Shown piece by piece: positions 24,287-37,096 of a stretch of DNA of 61,951 nt (positions are counted from its first letter, which is position 1; every line of letters begins with the position of its first letter). Source of the stretch: Nemertoderma westbladi. Taxonomy: Eukaryota; Animalia; Xenacoelomorpha. The DNA lies in contig JAUCBJ010003050.1 of assembly GCA_032718475.1 (NCBI GenBank), positions 1 through 61,951 on the forward strand, read 5' to 3'. Both the position numbers and the translations under genes were made by a program. The notes under the pieces are model-generated. The model was not told where the DNA came from, ran no database searches, and saw only the letters and a program-made list of their open reading frames with translations.

Positions 24287-26764
24287 TCACAAGGAGCCGC
24301 CGCTAGAGCCGCCGCTGCAACGCGGGAACAGATAGACGTGATCGGAGGGGACCACGCCGGGGGGGCTGTAACCATGGTGTAACGACTGGGGGGATCCGGA
24401 GGACACGGTGGACGTGGTAGAGTGCTGCCGTCGTCTAGAAGGGGTCTCCTCGTCCCCCATCGCGTCCTCCAGTCTCCGTCGCAACCGGTCCTCAGCTACT
24501 CCGTCGCTACCCGTAGAACTGCAGACCTCCAGCATGTAGGAGGCGCGATCCAAAGATCCCGAACCCGTTTCTATAACCCGTCGAGGTCTGGAGGAACCCG
24601 GGGTCGGAACCGGGGCCGAACGGGCCGGCTGAACTCGCAGACTCTCCAGCTCCGGGGCCCCCGTCGTGTAGTCCAGCCCCCCGAGACTCTCCTCCCCCCC
24701 GCTGTCGTCCAGGAGGCTGCTGGAGTCGGGATGGACCACGACCGAGCCGCCGCAGTCCTCGGCGGCGGGGAACGTCTTGAACACGAACTGCGGCCCCATC
24801 CAGAGCCGCCGATGCGGACTCGTGTGGGTCTCCATTTCCACCTGGGAGCACCAATCCTCGGCCTCCTCGAGTCCGCTGTCGGGGCTCGGATCGGGAACGC
24901 GTTCCCCCGGGCGCGGAACGCGTTCCACCAACGGGTTCCCCGGCCCCAACGGCGGCTCCACCCCGGGCCACGACACCCCCCGCTCCAGGGCCCAGATCGC
25001 CCGACCCGACACCCGCACCTCCACCCCCGACTCGTCCGTTACCTTGGCACCTGGGGCCGGACTCACCTCCATAGAGTGCTCGATTAGAGTGGAAGTCAAC
25101 CCGACGAAGATAAACAAACAGTCGGAGCCGAGTCGCAAGGCCTCCCCTTTCTCTACGGTGCCGCGACTAGTACCGAATACCGCGGGAGAAACGCACGCGG
25201 AAGGCGGCTCCATGTTCCTATGGAGACGCGGTGACGTAGAAGAGACGGCTGAGAGCGGTTTAATCTGCGCCGACGGGAATACCGTGAAGGGATGTGGATA
25301 GGGGGGGAGGCGGGGGTTGTAGGGGTTGGGTATGAGTGGAGTGGTGGGGAGAGTGGGTGGGAGGAGGTCGATAACAGCCCCCGGGGTCGGGGGGGTCACG
25401 AGGGGGCGGCGGGTGGCCAAGCCGTCAATACCGGCGCTGCAGTGGAACCGGGACGATCGGTTGACCACCGCGGGGCCGCAGTGCGTGCGACGGGTGGCCG
25501 CGCCGCCGTACGGGTTGATCGCGAACACGTGAGCCGTCCCCCGCCGGGTGGAGGCGACGAGCCAGCGCGAGTCGCGCGCGAATCGCAGCCCCGTGACCCC
25601 GGCGAGCGTCTCGCCGCGTCTCAGCACGTAGAGGTGGTGGATGGCGCCAAGCGCGCAGCTCCAGGGGTGGGTGACCAGGTGGAAGACGTTGAAGGATTGC
25701 CCGAGTTCGGAGGCCGTCGCCAGGAGCGTGCCGGTCGCGTCGAAGCGCAACGCGCTGAGTCGTTGGATCGCGAACGCGGGGAAATGCGCGACCATGTAGC
25801 TGCAGTCCGCATCCGCGCTGTCGATCGCTAGTTGGAGTCCTTGAGAAACTTTATCAACGTTTATTATAGTAACGATCCCGTCGGTACCGATACTCTCCGA
25901 GGACGAGCTGCTTCTAGGACCCCCGGGATTCCCGGTACCCCCGGTCGCCGACCATAACGTCTCGCTTATCGCCGAGATTCCCTTCCCGAGGGACCGCGCC
26001 GCGCTGATTATCGTAGCGGCGTAGGTCTGCCCGCCCTCGCCGCTCATACCCCCGCAGGATTGGTGCGTCGGGGATAGTTTAGTGTCGGCGAAGGCGAGCC
26101 ACACGTGGCCGAGGTCGAGAGGCGCCACGCCGCCGCCACTCGGACCGGGACACCACTTCGATATGGCGAAGAGCGAACGGAGGTTAGATACCGAGTGGAT
26201 AGCAACGTGCGTTTCCATGGCAACAACAACGACGCGACGGTTGCTAAGGATGGAAAGAGGAGCAAGTTTTAGACTTATAGTGTGCACAACTTCCGACGAA
26301 GTCAAGGAAATGAACTCAATGGAATGTCGCGAAGTGCCGGAATCCCTATAGACAGCGACTAGTGGTCGAGCAGCGAGGAATTCGTCTTCGGATGTGGATA
26401 AAGGATTATCGATCAACTCGATGAGAACAATCGGACGTCCACGAAGACTCAACACCTCGTGAGCCTCCCCGGTAGCAGTGGATACAGACCACAACTGACA
26501 CCCGCTGGGTCGACCCACCGCCAGCACTATAGACTCAACTGAAAGACTGCAGTCTAGGAAACGCGCCCAGACTACTTGTTCCTTGACGTCGTTGATTTGG
26601 GACGCGGTGGTTGGCTGGACTTGGGGGACAACATCCTGTAGGAGAGAGACAACGTGGTCCACGTAACTGGGTTGGTGAAAGGCGTTGGGTCGCACAGACA
26701 CCCCTACCGAGGTTGGCATATTGCTAAGGGAGACTGGAGACGATCTAGACGGTTGGCCAGACAT
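24287..26764 (-). CDS. BCAS3: BCAS3 / Rudhira-like WD40 (PROPPIN-related) autophagy protein, single coding exon, about 825 aa
   Basis: VAHFPA, LRFDATGTLLATAS, HLYVLRRGET, STRRGTAHVFAINPYGG, VVNRSSRFHCSAG and WCSQVEMETHTSPHRRLWMGPQF motifs; first in-frame ATG (MSGQPS) at 26764. Confidence 0.93.
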   Translation of the reverse strand: MSGQPSRSSPVSLSNMPTSVGVSVRPNAFHQPSYVDHVVSLLQDVVPQVQPTTASQINDVKEQVVWARFLDCSLSVESIVLAVGRPSGCQLWSVSTATGEAHEVLSLRGRPIVLIELIDNPLSTSEDEFLAARPLVAVYRDSGTSRHSIEFISLTSSEVVHTISLKLAPLSILSNRRVVVVAMETHVAIHSVSNLRSLFAISKWCPGPSGGGVAPLDLGHVWLAFADTKLSPTHQSCGGMSGEGGQTYAATIISAARSLGKGISAISETLWSATGGTGNPGGPRSSSSSESIGTDGIVTIINVDKVSQGLQLAIDSADADCSYMVAHFPAFAIQRLSALRFDATGTLLATASELGQSFNVFHLVTHPWSCALGAIHHLYVLRRGETLAGVTGLRFARDSRWLVASTRRGTAHVFAINPYGGAATRRTHCGPAVVNRSSRFHCSAGIDGLATRRPLVTPPTPGAVIDLLPPTLPTTPLIPNPYNPRLPPYPHPFTVFPSAQIKPLSAVSSTSPRLHRNMEPPSACVSPAVFGTSRGTVEKGEALRLGSDCLFIFVGLTSTLIEHSMEVSPAPGAKVTDESGVEVRVSGRAIWALERGVSWPGVEPPLGPGNPLVERVPRPGERVPDPSPDSGLEEAEDWCSQVEMETHTSPHRRLWMGPQFVFKTFPAAEDCGGSVVVHPDSSSLLDDSGGEESLGGLDYTTGAPELESLRVQPARSAPVPTPGSSRPRRVIETGSGSLDRASYMLEVCSSTGSDGVAEDRLRRRLEDAMGDEETPSRRRQHSTTSTVSSGSPQSLHHGYSPPGVVPSDHVYLFPRCSGGSSGGSL

Positions 26765-29049
26765 AGTTGCAATCTGACATAATTTATCCTGTTTATAGCA
26801 TGAGGGAACATTGGCGGTCCAAACGACAACTCCAAACCAACTGCATCTACAGTGTACAGCACCTACCCAGTCGCCCACTGGTATGAAATGCAGCACCGAA
26901 ACGCGCCCAATAGATCAAACGACCAATAATACGTGGGTTGTTTAAAGTTGCAACAAAGTTAAAGTATAAACTTAAAAGAAACACCTGCCCTGCACTAGAC
27001 AGCTAGATATACCGCATACCGGCACTGTCAACTGTTACAAGTTATAGTGTTGTAGTGTCTCAATTCATTGAAGGCTTCAGCGCTACGGTAACTATATTTT
27101 AATTAACTATTTACATCATTGTGTCTGTGTGCAAAGTAGCACTTTGCAGCGTTATGACCCTAATTTATAGGCCTATATGTACCGAGCGAGCGCAGCGAGG
27201 GAGGTTTACACAAATAAACATGGGTCTTTAACGCTAAAAAGTGAACTCTGCAAGCAATGATGTATGTAATTTTGTTACATTATGACAACTTATCAGCATT
27301 CGGTATGTGAATAAATGATTTTATGGAGGCTCATTTAAAAATGTTAAGTACTATAGGCCTATCGAATAGGCCTATAAGTGAAATTTATTAACAGGTAAAC
27401 AGTATTTATTTGTTTATACATTTAAATCTAATTAAAGTTTATTGGAAGTTATCTCCAGCATGGCATGGATGTGATAAATCATTAATCCATCTTCACTATC
27501 AGACTATAGCTGATAGCTGTATAGGCCTAGTCGACTGAAGCAAACTTAGTCACCGTCTGTGTCCGTTCAGTTTTATTGAACACTGTCGCCATTTTCTTTG
27601 GTCATTTTCTCTAAAGTGTCTTCTATTGGACGTTTCGCCATAATCAGATAATGGATTACAGTACCGTACACGTTAAACAATTATTTACATACAGTAGCTA
27701 CTGAGCTAAGTACAGAAGTAGGCTAGCGTGTCCCAAAGCAGCACTCCTGCACTCATTAACATAAAAGGAAATAATACATTCTGGAATACGGTACGGGAAT
27801 ACGGTAATAGCGTTCCATCCTATAGCAGTATACCGGTAGGCCGCAACGCTGCAAAGTACCGTACCGGTAGTACTTTGCAGCGTTAAGCTGTTAAGAGTAA
27901 TTCACCAGAACGCTGTTAAGTTGACATAATGTAACAATAACTAGGCCTACCGGTACGCCTAGTATAGTAACGATACAACTGTACAAAGAGTTGGCCCAAA
28001 ACATTTTTGAAAAATTGTATTGTAAAAGTATTGTACGCGTACAGGACAGGACACTACTGCAGTACTGCACTACCAGCCGACCAGCTTCAGAGCTTACAGA
28101 CTTAGGCCTAGCACCTACTGACATACTGACCTACCTCTGCAGCTCTGTACCGCGCAGTACCTAGTCAATTCAGCATACGAGTCCATCGGTCAGGCTGAAC
28201 GGTATTATTATTATTATTATTAAAAGTTACAGGAACAAGAAAGTTGAGAACTTATAGGGTCCCATAAATCACGATATGTAAGCGGAAATTAAACTTTAAA
28301 AATATTGGAATTACTCAAAACATTTAAACAACACAATAAGGTAGAATGCAACATACATTTAGCATTTACGGCATGTCTCCATAGTACAATAAAATGGCGC
28401 AGCGTAAATAAAAGTTTATATATCACGTGGACTATCTAGATAAAATAGATAAAAATTAATGGCATAGAAGTAATCTATACGGTGTTAACAGAATAAGATT
28501 ATTGGCTATATAATGTACAACGCAGTCTGGCAGTGGTAGATAAATAATTAAAGTGGGATTGCACAACATGTGAGTAAAATAGAACAACTGGGAACTGTGG
28601 TTCCGGAATGTGTGACAGCATAACAATACAATATACATACATTGTATAACTACTGCAAAATTAAATAAAATAGGTACAATAGTAAGGTAAAACAGTACAA
28701 ATTCATTAAAAAAAAAGGTAAGAAAAACAACTGAGAATGGAAAATTAAATAAAACAGATACAGTACTAGGCCTATAATAAAACGGTACAAATTCATGAAG
28801 ATAAAAGATTAATGCATAACAGATTGCATAGCATGTGAGTAAAAATAGGGCAACTGGGGAAATACGATATACATTTTTTAACATTTAAATAAAATAAGTA
28901 GTAAAGTAAAACGGTACAAATTCAATTAAAAAACAAAGCTGTAAAAAAAAAGTTAAAATAAGATTAATAAAATATACGGCTAAATAAGATTTACAGTAAT
29001 TATGAGTTAGATAGATTATGTGAACAAGTGGATTAGATTAGATTAATTC

Positions 29050-30020
29050 CACCAGGATGGGTAGAACTTAGTAGCAGAGTTGTAATGATCATTTAAGTTC
29101 GATTTGAATATATTCACACTTCTGCACTTGGGGAAGTAACAACCACATCAGGAAGAGCATTCCAGGGAGATATGACTCGGAAGTGGAACGAATCGGCCCG
29201 GATTTTCAGACGGACGATCGGTTTGGTGAGTTTTAAGAGTTACCGCGACAGACAGTTGACGATAAGGAGAAGAAACTCTGCCAATCGACAGCATCAACAC
29301 CCGTTAGCATTCGATATAATTGAATAAGGTCCGCGCGAGAACGTCGGTATTCCAGAGTAGGTAGTCCCAAGCGACGCAATCGGTCCGGGTACTGGGAACT
29401 GGGGTATGGAAGGTCACGAAGGCCCGCTACCAACAGAACAGACCAAACGGATAGCCCGACGTTGAACAGACTCAAGTAGGCGGCTTTCTCCTACATGGCT
29501 GGGTGACCAAACTGGAGATGCGTATTCCACATCCACTCCACACAAGGACGGACAAGTGACTTATAGAGACTAATTGAGTTATCTTTAATTGAAGATTATT
29601 GAATTATCTTCATTGGACTTCATTGAGGTGATTAAAGCTTCTATATACTAGCCCCAGACAGCCAGAACCTTATTTGCCTTCTTCACGATACCGGTAGTGG
29701 CTGTGTGCAATGAGAACTGGAGAGAATCATCTAACTGTTTAAGTTCACACCCAAGTCTTTCTCTGTTTCGGTTGTCTCCAGTGTGTGTGACCCGAGGGTG
29801 TAAGTGTACCTGGCTGCCTGGGGTTGAGTGTTGAGCGACCAATGCAATATGCATTACCTTGCATTTCTTATGATTAAATAATAGGCCTAATTGCCAGGTC
29901 TTGCATCTTGCTCCACCAATCCAATATATCTAGATCACTTTGCAGGGGTCCCACGTCCCATGGAGAGTTTAATAGAGGGATCCACTACAGCAGAGTCATT
30001 TAAGTCATCAGCGAACAAGT
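29050..30020 (-). mobile_element. Degenerate CR1-like LINE, RT C-terminal half
   Basis: LFADD near 30010, KKANKVL, YPDRLRRLGLPTLEYRRSRADLIQLYRML, FRVISPWNALP; many frameshifts. Confidence 0.8.
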
Positions 30021-30842
30021 ACCGGTATGCCAAATTACTCCTCTGTCTCTAACCATTATTATATTCCAGAACTTACACGTAGAAGTACAGTACGAGTACA
30101 GCTAGGCCTACTCCTGTAATCTGCTTACCTGTAGTACAGGTGTATACAGTATAGCGTACAGCAGTACAGTAGGCCTATGTAGTACTGTAGTATGTATGTA
30201 TATACAGTACCGGTAGTTAAAGATAGGCCTTCACCTTCCGTAAAAAGTACTGGAACCGTAATACTGTAAATACAATATTTCCAGATTGTACTGTTGTAAT
30301 AATTTCTGTATGCAGGTGCAGGCCTTCCTAATTTGTTAAAATGTTTCATGTTGAGCTTCATCCGGGTTCTAGTCAACAATTATGGTTAGTATTGCCAAGG
30401 CCATCTTAATGCAAGGCCTAATCACTACATTCTAGAATACCTCGATCAGCTGATATAAGAAGTCCTACCTTTTGAGATTTTCTTATTGCTGTAGGGGCCT
30501 AGGGTAAAACAGTAAAATACCAATTTTTCAAAGTTGTGTTACTCGGGCAGACGAAAATAAATTTAACAATAAAATATATCAAATTGAGAAAGAAATGCAG
30601 GGCAATACGATACATTGTGTTACTTTTGTTTGTTAGGCTTGGCATTGCGCATAATATCCCCTTAATTACTACTAAACGTTTAACCTAAGGTTGCCTTGTT
30701 TAATTAAAAAAACGTAGGCTTTAGCCTAATTATAAATAGGATAGATGTAGATTAGAAATCTGATTATATTGTGCAAATTTCTGATCTCAAATTTCTGCGG
30801 AAATTTGAAGGTCCAACTCTAAGAGCATTGTACATCGAAGCA

Positions 30843-31250
30843 GGACCTTATCGCCCCTGGGACATTATCGCCCACATAAATTTAATCTTTGTTGGGAACA
30901 TATCGCCAATGAAAGCATTTTCACCCTTTACTGGTCGATAAATGGGAACCATATGAAAGGTTTACTCTGTAAGATCACCCCCATGGTGGTGAACAGGTAG
31001 CGTATTCCTTTAGGAAACAGAGTGGAAGGGTTTACTGTGGAAGATCATCCATGGTGGTGAACAGGCATTCCTTTAGGAAAAAGAGCAGAATGGTTTACTT
31101 TGGAAGATCACCCGTGGAGGTGAACCCGCTTTCCCTGGCTACTACGCCGAAACGTTTATCCTATTCAAATCGTTTATTAATCGGTTAATCACATTTATAT
31201 TTGTCACAGTCTGCCCCTACACTGGCGATAAGCTACCGGGGGCGATAAAG
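30843..31250. mobile_element. Small inverted-repeat element carrying about 3 diverged copies of the 60-bp minisatellite
   Basis: TTATCGCCC repeats at left, GGCGATAA at right; 30955-31125 is the reverse complement of the 1375-2218 unit. Confidence 0.5.
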
Positions 31251-31256
31251 AGTGTT

Positions 31257-33012
31257 AGGACAGAAGCCCCCCCGGGCAGTAGCCGACCGGACTGTAGGGC
31301 ATTACTATGTTATGGATACCCACTTTTTGACCAATATTTTTTATATGAAAATGGCTTTTATCATGAGGTTATTTGTTCTAGAACAAATATTTAATCTTCT
31401 GCCAGTAAGATGGTAGCTAGTAATTTTGATTTTGTGTTAGCTAGTACTTTTTATTAGATAGTGAAAAAATTATATTTGAAAAAAAAGTAAAAAAACTTTT
31501 GATCAACTTTTTCTTGTAAAAATGCCTTTTATTATGAGTTTTTTGTTCTAAAACAAATATTTGACCTTCTGCCAGTAAGATGGTAGCTAGTACTTTTGAT
31601 ATTGTGTTAGCTAGTACTATTTTTTAGCTAGTAAAAAATTTAAAATATAATTTAATTTTCAATCATATGTTGACCTGGAATAACTTATGAGTCTCAGTGG
31701 TAATTTGATAGTCAAAGTAGGCCTTAGCTACTGTAGTAATTATTCACGACCGGTAGCTAGTTTTTTATACAAAATATACTGTAGTCAGATGTCAAAATAC
31801 AGTTTTTACTATTAAGAAATGTAAATTATATACATTTTTATTATACTCAGTCAGAACACTACCGTTGCTTATCGTGTTTAATAATAATTTTTTTTTTCTT
31901 GATCTATTCCAGAGTATCCAAAAAATTTCTAGATTTATTTACCTTTTTATTAGTAATTTCGGGAATATATTGATGATATGGAAATTGTCTAAATAAAAGG
32001 GGCACTACAAATCTTCTTTTGTAATTTTAAGATCACTAGCTACCTTTCAAAAGACTAGCTACCATAATAAAGATAATAGTTAACCTCTCTAAGAAAGTAA
32101 AATTTATGTTCTAGAACAAAAAGACAACATGATAATATCCATTAACATGGTCAAAAAATTGATCAAGCATTTGGTTTTGTAATTTTAAAAACAGTAGCTA
32201 CCTTTAAAAACAATAGCTACAATAAAAAAAAAATACTGTAGCTAACGTCTCACAGAAGATGACATTTAAGTTCTAAAACAAAAAACCTCGTGATAATAGC
32301 CATTAACATGGTCAAATAAATGGTCAAAAAATGGGTTCCCATAACATATGTAGTAATGCCGACAGTAGCCCACCGAACAGTACTCCTCCGGACAGTAGCC
32401 ACCCCGGCCCGGACAGTAGCCCCCCGGACAGTAGTCCCCCGGACAGTAGCCCACCGAACAGTAGTTCCCCAAATAATAGCCACCCCGGCCCGGACAGTAG
32501 CCCCCCGGACAGTAGCCCCATGGGCAATAGCCCCCCGGGCAATAGCCCCTCGGTTAATAACCCCCAGCCCCAAAAGATGAGTAGTATTAAGAAAAAAAAC
32601 ATCTACATTTTTCATTTATTCAGTAATATTTTATATCACTGAAATTCCAGAAAATAATAATTTCTTAATCCTGTTTTTGTATTGGTGAATATACTAGAAT
32701 ATTAGTAGATATGTTTTTTTACATAGACAGAACAGTTCACAGAACATTCACCAATATCAAAAAACACTCAAAACAATACAAATTTTTTTATTTTCAAAAA
32801 ATACCAGCAAGTAAAAAAAACACATGCTGCCATAAAAAATATCTACTGAGGTTCTACAGTAGAACACTACAGTAACCAATATCAAATAAAACTCAAAAAA
32901 AAAAATAAAAATAAAATAATGGTTAAAAAACTCATTGGGGGGCTACTGTCCGGGCTACTATCCGGGGGGCTACTGTCCGGGGAACTAATGTCCGGGGGTT
33001 ACTGTCCGGGAT
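31257..33012. mobile_element. Non-autonomous element with GGACAGTAGCCCC subterminal repeats and internal inverted arms
   Basis: GGACAGTAGCC motifs at 31257-31300 and 32360-32550, inverted GGCTACTGTCC at 32938-33010; 31300-31640 inverted relative to 32040-32350. Confidence 0.6.
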
Positions 33013-33636
33013 TAGCCGTAACGCGACAAGTAGCCGTAACGCGACTTTTTGAGTAGCCGAATCGCAACATTGAAAGTCGCGTTACGGCTACTCTGAGAAT
33101 TAGCCTTAACGCGACTTTCCGTAGCGCGACAGTAGCCGTACCGCCACTGCGCCGATGGAGAATGCTTATGGAAATTGGTTTGGTTGGTTTGGTAGTTACC
33201 TGCTTTCATAACTTGACAATTTTATTTAATTTACTCGTACTGTTGAAAATTTTGAATATGGAAATTTATCACACGTATTCAAAAGACATGAAGCACTGTT
33301 TTGTTCTAAAACGTTTTTCAATCGCTACAAATTTTATTAAAGTTTATTTTAAATTTTATTCTTGATTTTTAACACGTTTGTGAATGATCCAGATTCTCCA
33401 TAGTGTTCGCCATTTGTTTCTCCCAAGTCCAGTACCCCTTTTCAAGTTAGTCTATACAATATGTTATAGCTGGTCGTCCACGGCTACGCTTTCTTTTTGT
33501 TGGTTGCCAGAAAAGTAGATCTGGTATGACCTCGTCTTTACTTCTCCAGCAGAGCCCACTGAATCTTAATCTGCGTTCACGGAGGGTGGTTGATACAGGT
33601 GGTATGTGTCACAACATAACAATCCAATGTCATCAA

Positions 33637-33883
33637 TTATTATTACTTCTGGTATTTCATCAAGCAAGCAAACAGTCGGCCGAGGCCGGAGGCGACCCGA
33701 AGGCTCCTCTTTCGATAGCTGCTACCCGAGCGAACGGGTGGGCGCTACTCCTATCCCTTGTTATGCTCCCAGTAATTTAACTGCTACTCATTTCATGTAG
33801 ATGAAAGGCTGAGTGGACCTGGTGGGGCTGAACCTACAACCCACAGATTGCATGCCCGGCGCTCAACCAACTGAGCTACCCCG
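33637..33883 (-). mobile_element. tRNA-derived SINE
   Basis: Head GGGGTAGCTCAGTTGGTTGAGCG (A box) and GGTTCAGCCCC (degenerate B box), central CCACTCAGCC..AAATGAGTA motif, (TAA)n tail. Confidence 0.75.
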
Positions 33884-34183
33884 GTATTCCATAAGCTCTT
33901 ACGATTTCCAGCATTTTGTCTCCATGGACGGAGCCGCATGCTTTCTTGGGGTCCACAAAAGTCATGACTGCGGGGAGATTCTTTGACTTAATTCCTTCAA
34001 TCAATCTCCGTAGTGCAAGTTTCTGAGCTATTGTTGATCTATTTGTTCGAAATACATTTTGGCTCTTACGCAGTAGTTTCTCTTTGTGAGGCCTAATCCT
34101 ATATAGAATCATTTAATTGTATATTTTGGCAGCTACCACAAGCAGACAGATCCCACGATAGTTTGTTGGTATACCGAGGTCTC
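33880..34183 (-). mobile_element. RTE-like LINE, RT segment downstream of the LTR insertion
   Basis: DLGIPTNYRGICLLVVAAKIYN, LLRKSQNVFRTNRST, TFVDPKKA..SV, AYGIP; continues PLPKKGD from 46211. Confidence 0.85.
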
Positions 34184-35371
34184 TGTACGCGCTTTTGTAG
34201 ACCTTTAGCAGTTTAACCTGCCAAAATTTATATGTCTTTAGTTGGTAAATTGACTTTATAAGATGACAAGATTTAATACAAAATAAACACAACATTAGCC
34301 GAAGCCAGCCTAGTGCGCGTCCATTCACCCGCTGGATATACCCGGGGGGCTGGATTCTGAGGGCTTAGATTTATTGCAGTGAAGCCTACATGTATTATTC
34401 GATTGATCACCAATATATAATCTCTGGCAAATATTATTCACTTTCGGGAAATATTAGCAGTTCCTTTAGGACGTGGCGCTCTATCTATTTAAACAAAGTT
34501 ATGACTTACACCAAACACAACGATATGGCTTAGAATTCACGTATGAGACGCATTCTTTAGGAGATGCTTAGTTATCAGTCTCAATCACAATCATACACAC
34601 TACCGGTACCGCACAATACTGCTCACTGGTTTGCCGACAGTCACTGACTTTGATCACGTATAAAGAGAATAGCAATTGACTCAAGTAGTGGCTACCAAAT
34701 AGCATTATATTCACTACAAACCACTATAATATAAGTCGCAATCGTTATATGTAAACTGCCTCTCTCACCTGTAGTGTATCAAGAAAATTGGGAAATTTGG
34801 GTTCTTTATATATGTTCTCCAAATAATATTCAACCAAACAACAGTAAATAGCAGTATAATAATGTATTGGACCGATATGTGATATGATATGTTAAGATAA
34901 GTGATATGCACTGATAACAGTTATACGCTCTATAATCTTAAGCCTACTAATGTTTCTTATAAAGTCTGAAAACAAGTGATTCCAGAGCCGTTCTTCCTGG
35001 CTTAGAAACACCAACACTGAACACTGATAAGAATAACTATAAGAATACCAGCTACCCTTATTCTACAAAGATCTCACCCACCACAGAGAATGAGCATACA
35101 GATAGGAAATTCAGTTCAGTAGATCTGTGATAGGTCAAACTCAAAACCAACTCAAATCCTATTGGCAGATACAGAAAGCAGGGCTATGGGGCAACCTTCC
35201 TAAGCTGGTTGGACGATCGAACATAGCCCAGATCCCTTAGCACAGCAAATCAGCCAATCAACCGGTAGCTTGTACCATTCGAGCTAGAGATCCCTTTTAG
35301 AGTATTCCAGCGCCTTGGGGGGAACTGGTTAGCAAAGCAAACGAATCAGTTATCCCACAAAAGCTTTTACA
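34184..35371 (-). repeat. 3' LTR
   Basis: No differences from 45023-46210 noticed by eye; AATAAA on minus strand near 34375. Confidence 0.95.
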
Positions 35372-35657
35372 CCGCTCCCAGAAAATGGGATTTAAGTCTA
35401 TAAAATATACAAAATCACAGTTTCTAAAATACGAGAATACTCTAAACAGTTAGTCTTTCTTGCGCAGACGGCGTTTACGCAGTTTTTTAAAGCTAGCAAG
35501 AGTCTTTTTCTCTTTGGGGCGAGCCACTTTACAAGGAGGGCTATAACTCCTGGGTGAAGGGTGCAATATAATTGCATCAGAAGGTGCAGGATTGTGGTCG
35601 GTGTATCCGCCGGTTGAAGTGCCTGGTAGGTTGACATCAACTTCGGGGGACTGGGGT

Positions 35658-36538
35658 CTAACGGCTTTTAGAGCGCGTTTTTAAGACGGCTGCTTTTACG
35701 GGTCCTTTACGCGTGGTCTGAACGAGAGCCGTGGGTGGACCATAGGCCGTTAGAAACTGCCTTGGTTTAATGGTTCTTTCCAACTCGCGTTCGCGGGCTC
35801 GATATTCGTAAGGCCGTCGATATACTTCTTGTAACTCAGGGTGTGAGTTAACGAATATTTCTCCATAATCAGGGTCGTGACGGATAAAATTAATTAAGTG
35901 ATAGGAATGAATATCACTGGGATTAACCTTTCTGAGGAATTTGCGCACAAACTTAGTCGAAATGTATTCTCCGACGCGTTTCAGTAGTTCGTAACTCGGT
36001 ATGCGTGCTTTCTGTTCGACAGAAGCGAATAGGTAAGGATGGAACGCATAAACTCCTTCGTAAGCGCGTCCAGGGTAATAGCGGTGATGTGAGTTACAAT
36101 GCAAATCAGCGTTCGCTTCCCAATTTTCTGTCGAATAGCGTCTAAAGCATTTCTTATAACGCTCTCCTCGACTTCCGTGGCAGGTTGTATCGGGGTTAAT
36201 CCTGGCCGATTGTAAGGATTAAATGGCGATGTTAGATGCCCGCGTCCCAATCCGGCTAAATAGGATGGTCGAATATCTAACGAACCCACTGCTGGAGCAC
36301 CACCAATTAACTGCTCGTGTAACACCAAATCTTTGAACAGAGAATATAGTTCGGGAGGATCAGTGATACTGTTAGGATCAAGAGTTTGAGGTCTCACCGG
36401 GGAATGAGGAGGCCTGACCGAGTATTCCGGAACTCTGATCATGGGTTTATTTAGTGATCGTTTGAGGCGAGCGATCGTGGGTGATACATCGAACAGGTTT
36501 CGCTCGAAACTCCCGCAAACACAGCGAGCAAACCGCAT
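35658..36538 (-). CDS. Accessory ORFs of unknown function in the LTR element (185 aa and overlapping 148 aa; possibly one frameshifted gene)
   Basis: Same strand as gag, non-repetitive protein-like composition, located between pol relic and polypurine tract; no recognised domain. Confidence 0.45.
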
Positions 36539-36808
36539 TCAAAGCAACGTCTCCGCTGGTGCTTATGTCTTTCCGTTTGTTGGTTGGTCTTGGGCATTCA
36601 TCGTAATAATACCAAGACACACGTCTTATAGGGGAAACGTGGGTGATATTTATTTGGTGTTACAATGCTTCTCTTCAAGAATTCTAAATATACGTTGGAG
36701 TTACCGCGTTTATCCGCTTCTTGAACGTCCTTTCTTTCGAGTCGATTTCGAATAGAATTTTAGCATTCGAATTTTAGTTTATGGTTACGATTCCGCTGGG
36801 TAGGATAT

Positions 36809-37096
36809 TTAAATAATACCATTTCCCTTTTTGTCCATATCGTGTAAATCGATAGAATGGCCGGTAGTTAAGAAGTCCATATACGTACCATTACGATGCG
36901 TATAGCGAGCGGTGAATTTGCTATAGTCCAATTGACGCGTAAGTTGCTCCTGGGACATAGGCGGTTCGATATAACTACCATCGTCCTCCGTAGTAGTTGG
37001 ATCAGCTTCACCGCGTATCAAGCTATCCACAAATGCTTGTAAAGGTAGAGTATATCTCTCTCTAATACCAAGATCATCTTCTATCAATTCCGTCAT
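36809..37096 (-). CDS. Accessory 95-aa acidic ORF in the LTR element
   Basis: ATG-initiated, preceded by acceptor-like TAGCAG and TATATAAA near 37319. Confidence 0.4.
   Translation of the reverse strand: MTELIEDDLGIRERYTLPLQAFVDSLIRGEADPTTTEDDGSYIEPPMSQEQLTRQLDYSKFTARYTHRNGTYMDFLTTGHSIDLHDMDKKGNGII

Noticed and set aside
24422-26351. ORFs overlapping BCAS3 in other frames or antisense
   Set aside because: Expected shadows of a GC-rich CDS
32250-32642. Collagen-like or DSSPP repeat ORFs
   Set aside because: Translations of 15-bp transposon subterminal repeats
33825-33883. tRNA gene
   Set aside because: Degenerate B box and acceptor stem; continues into SINE body and tail
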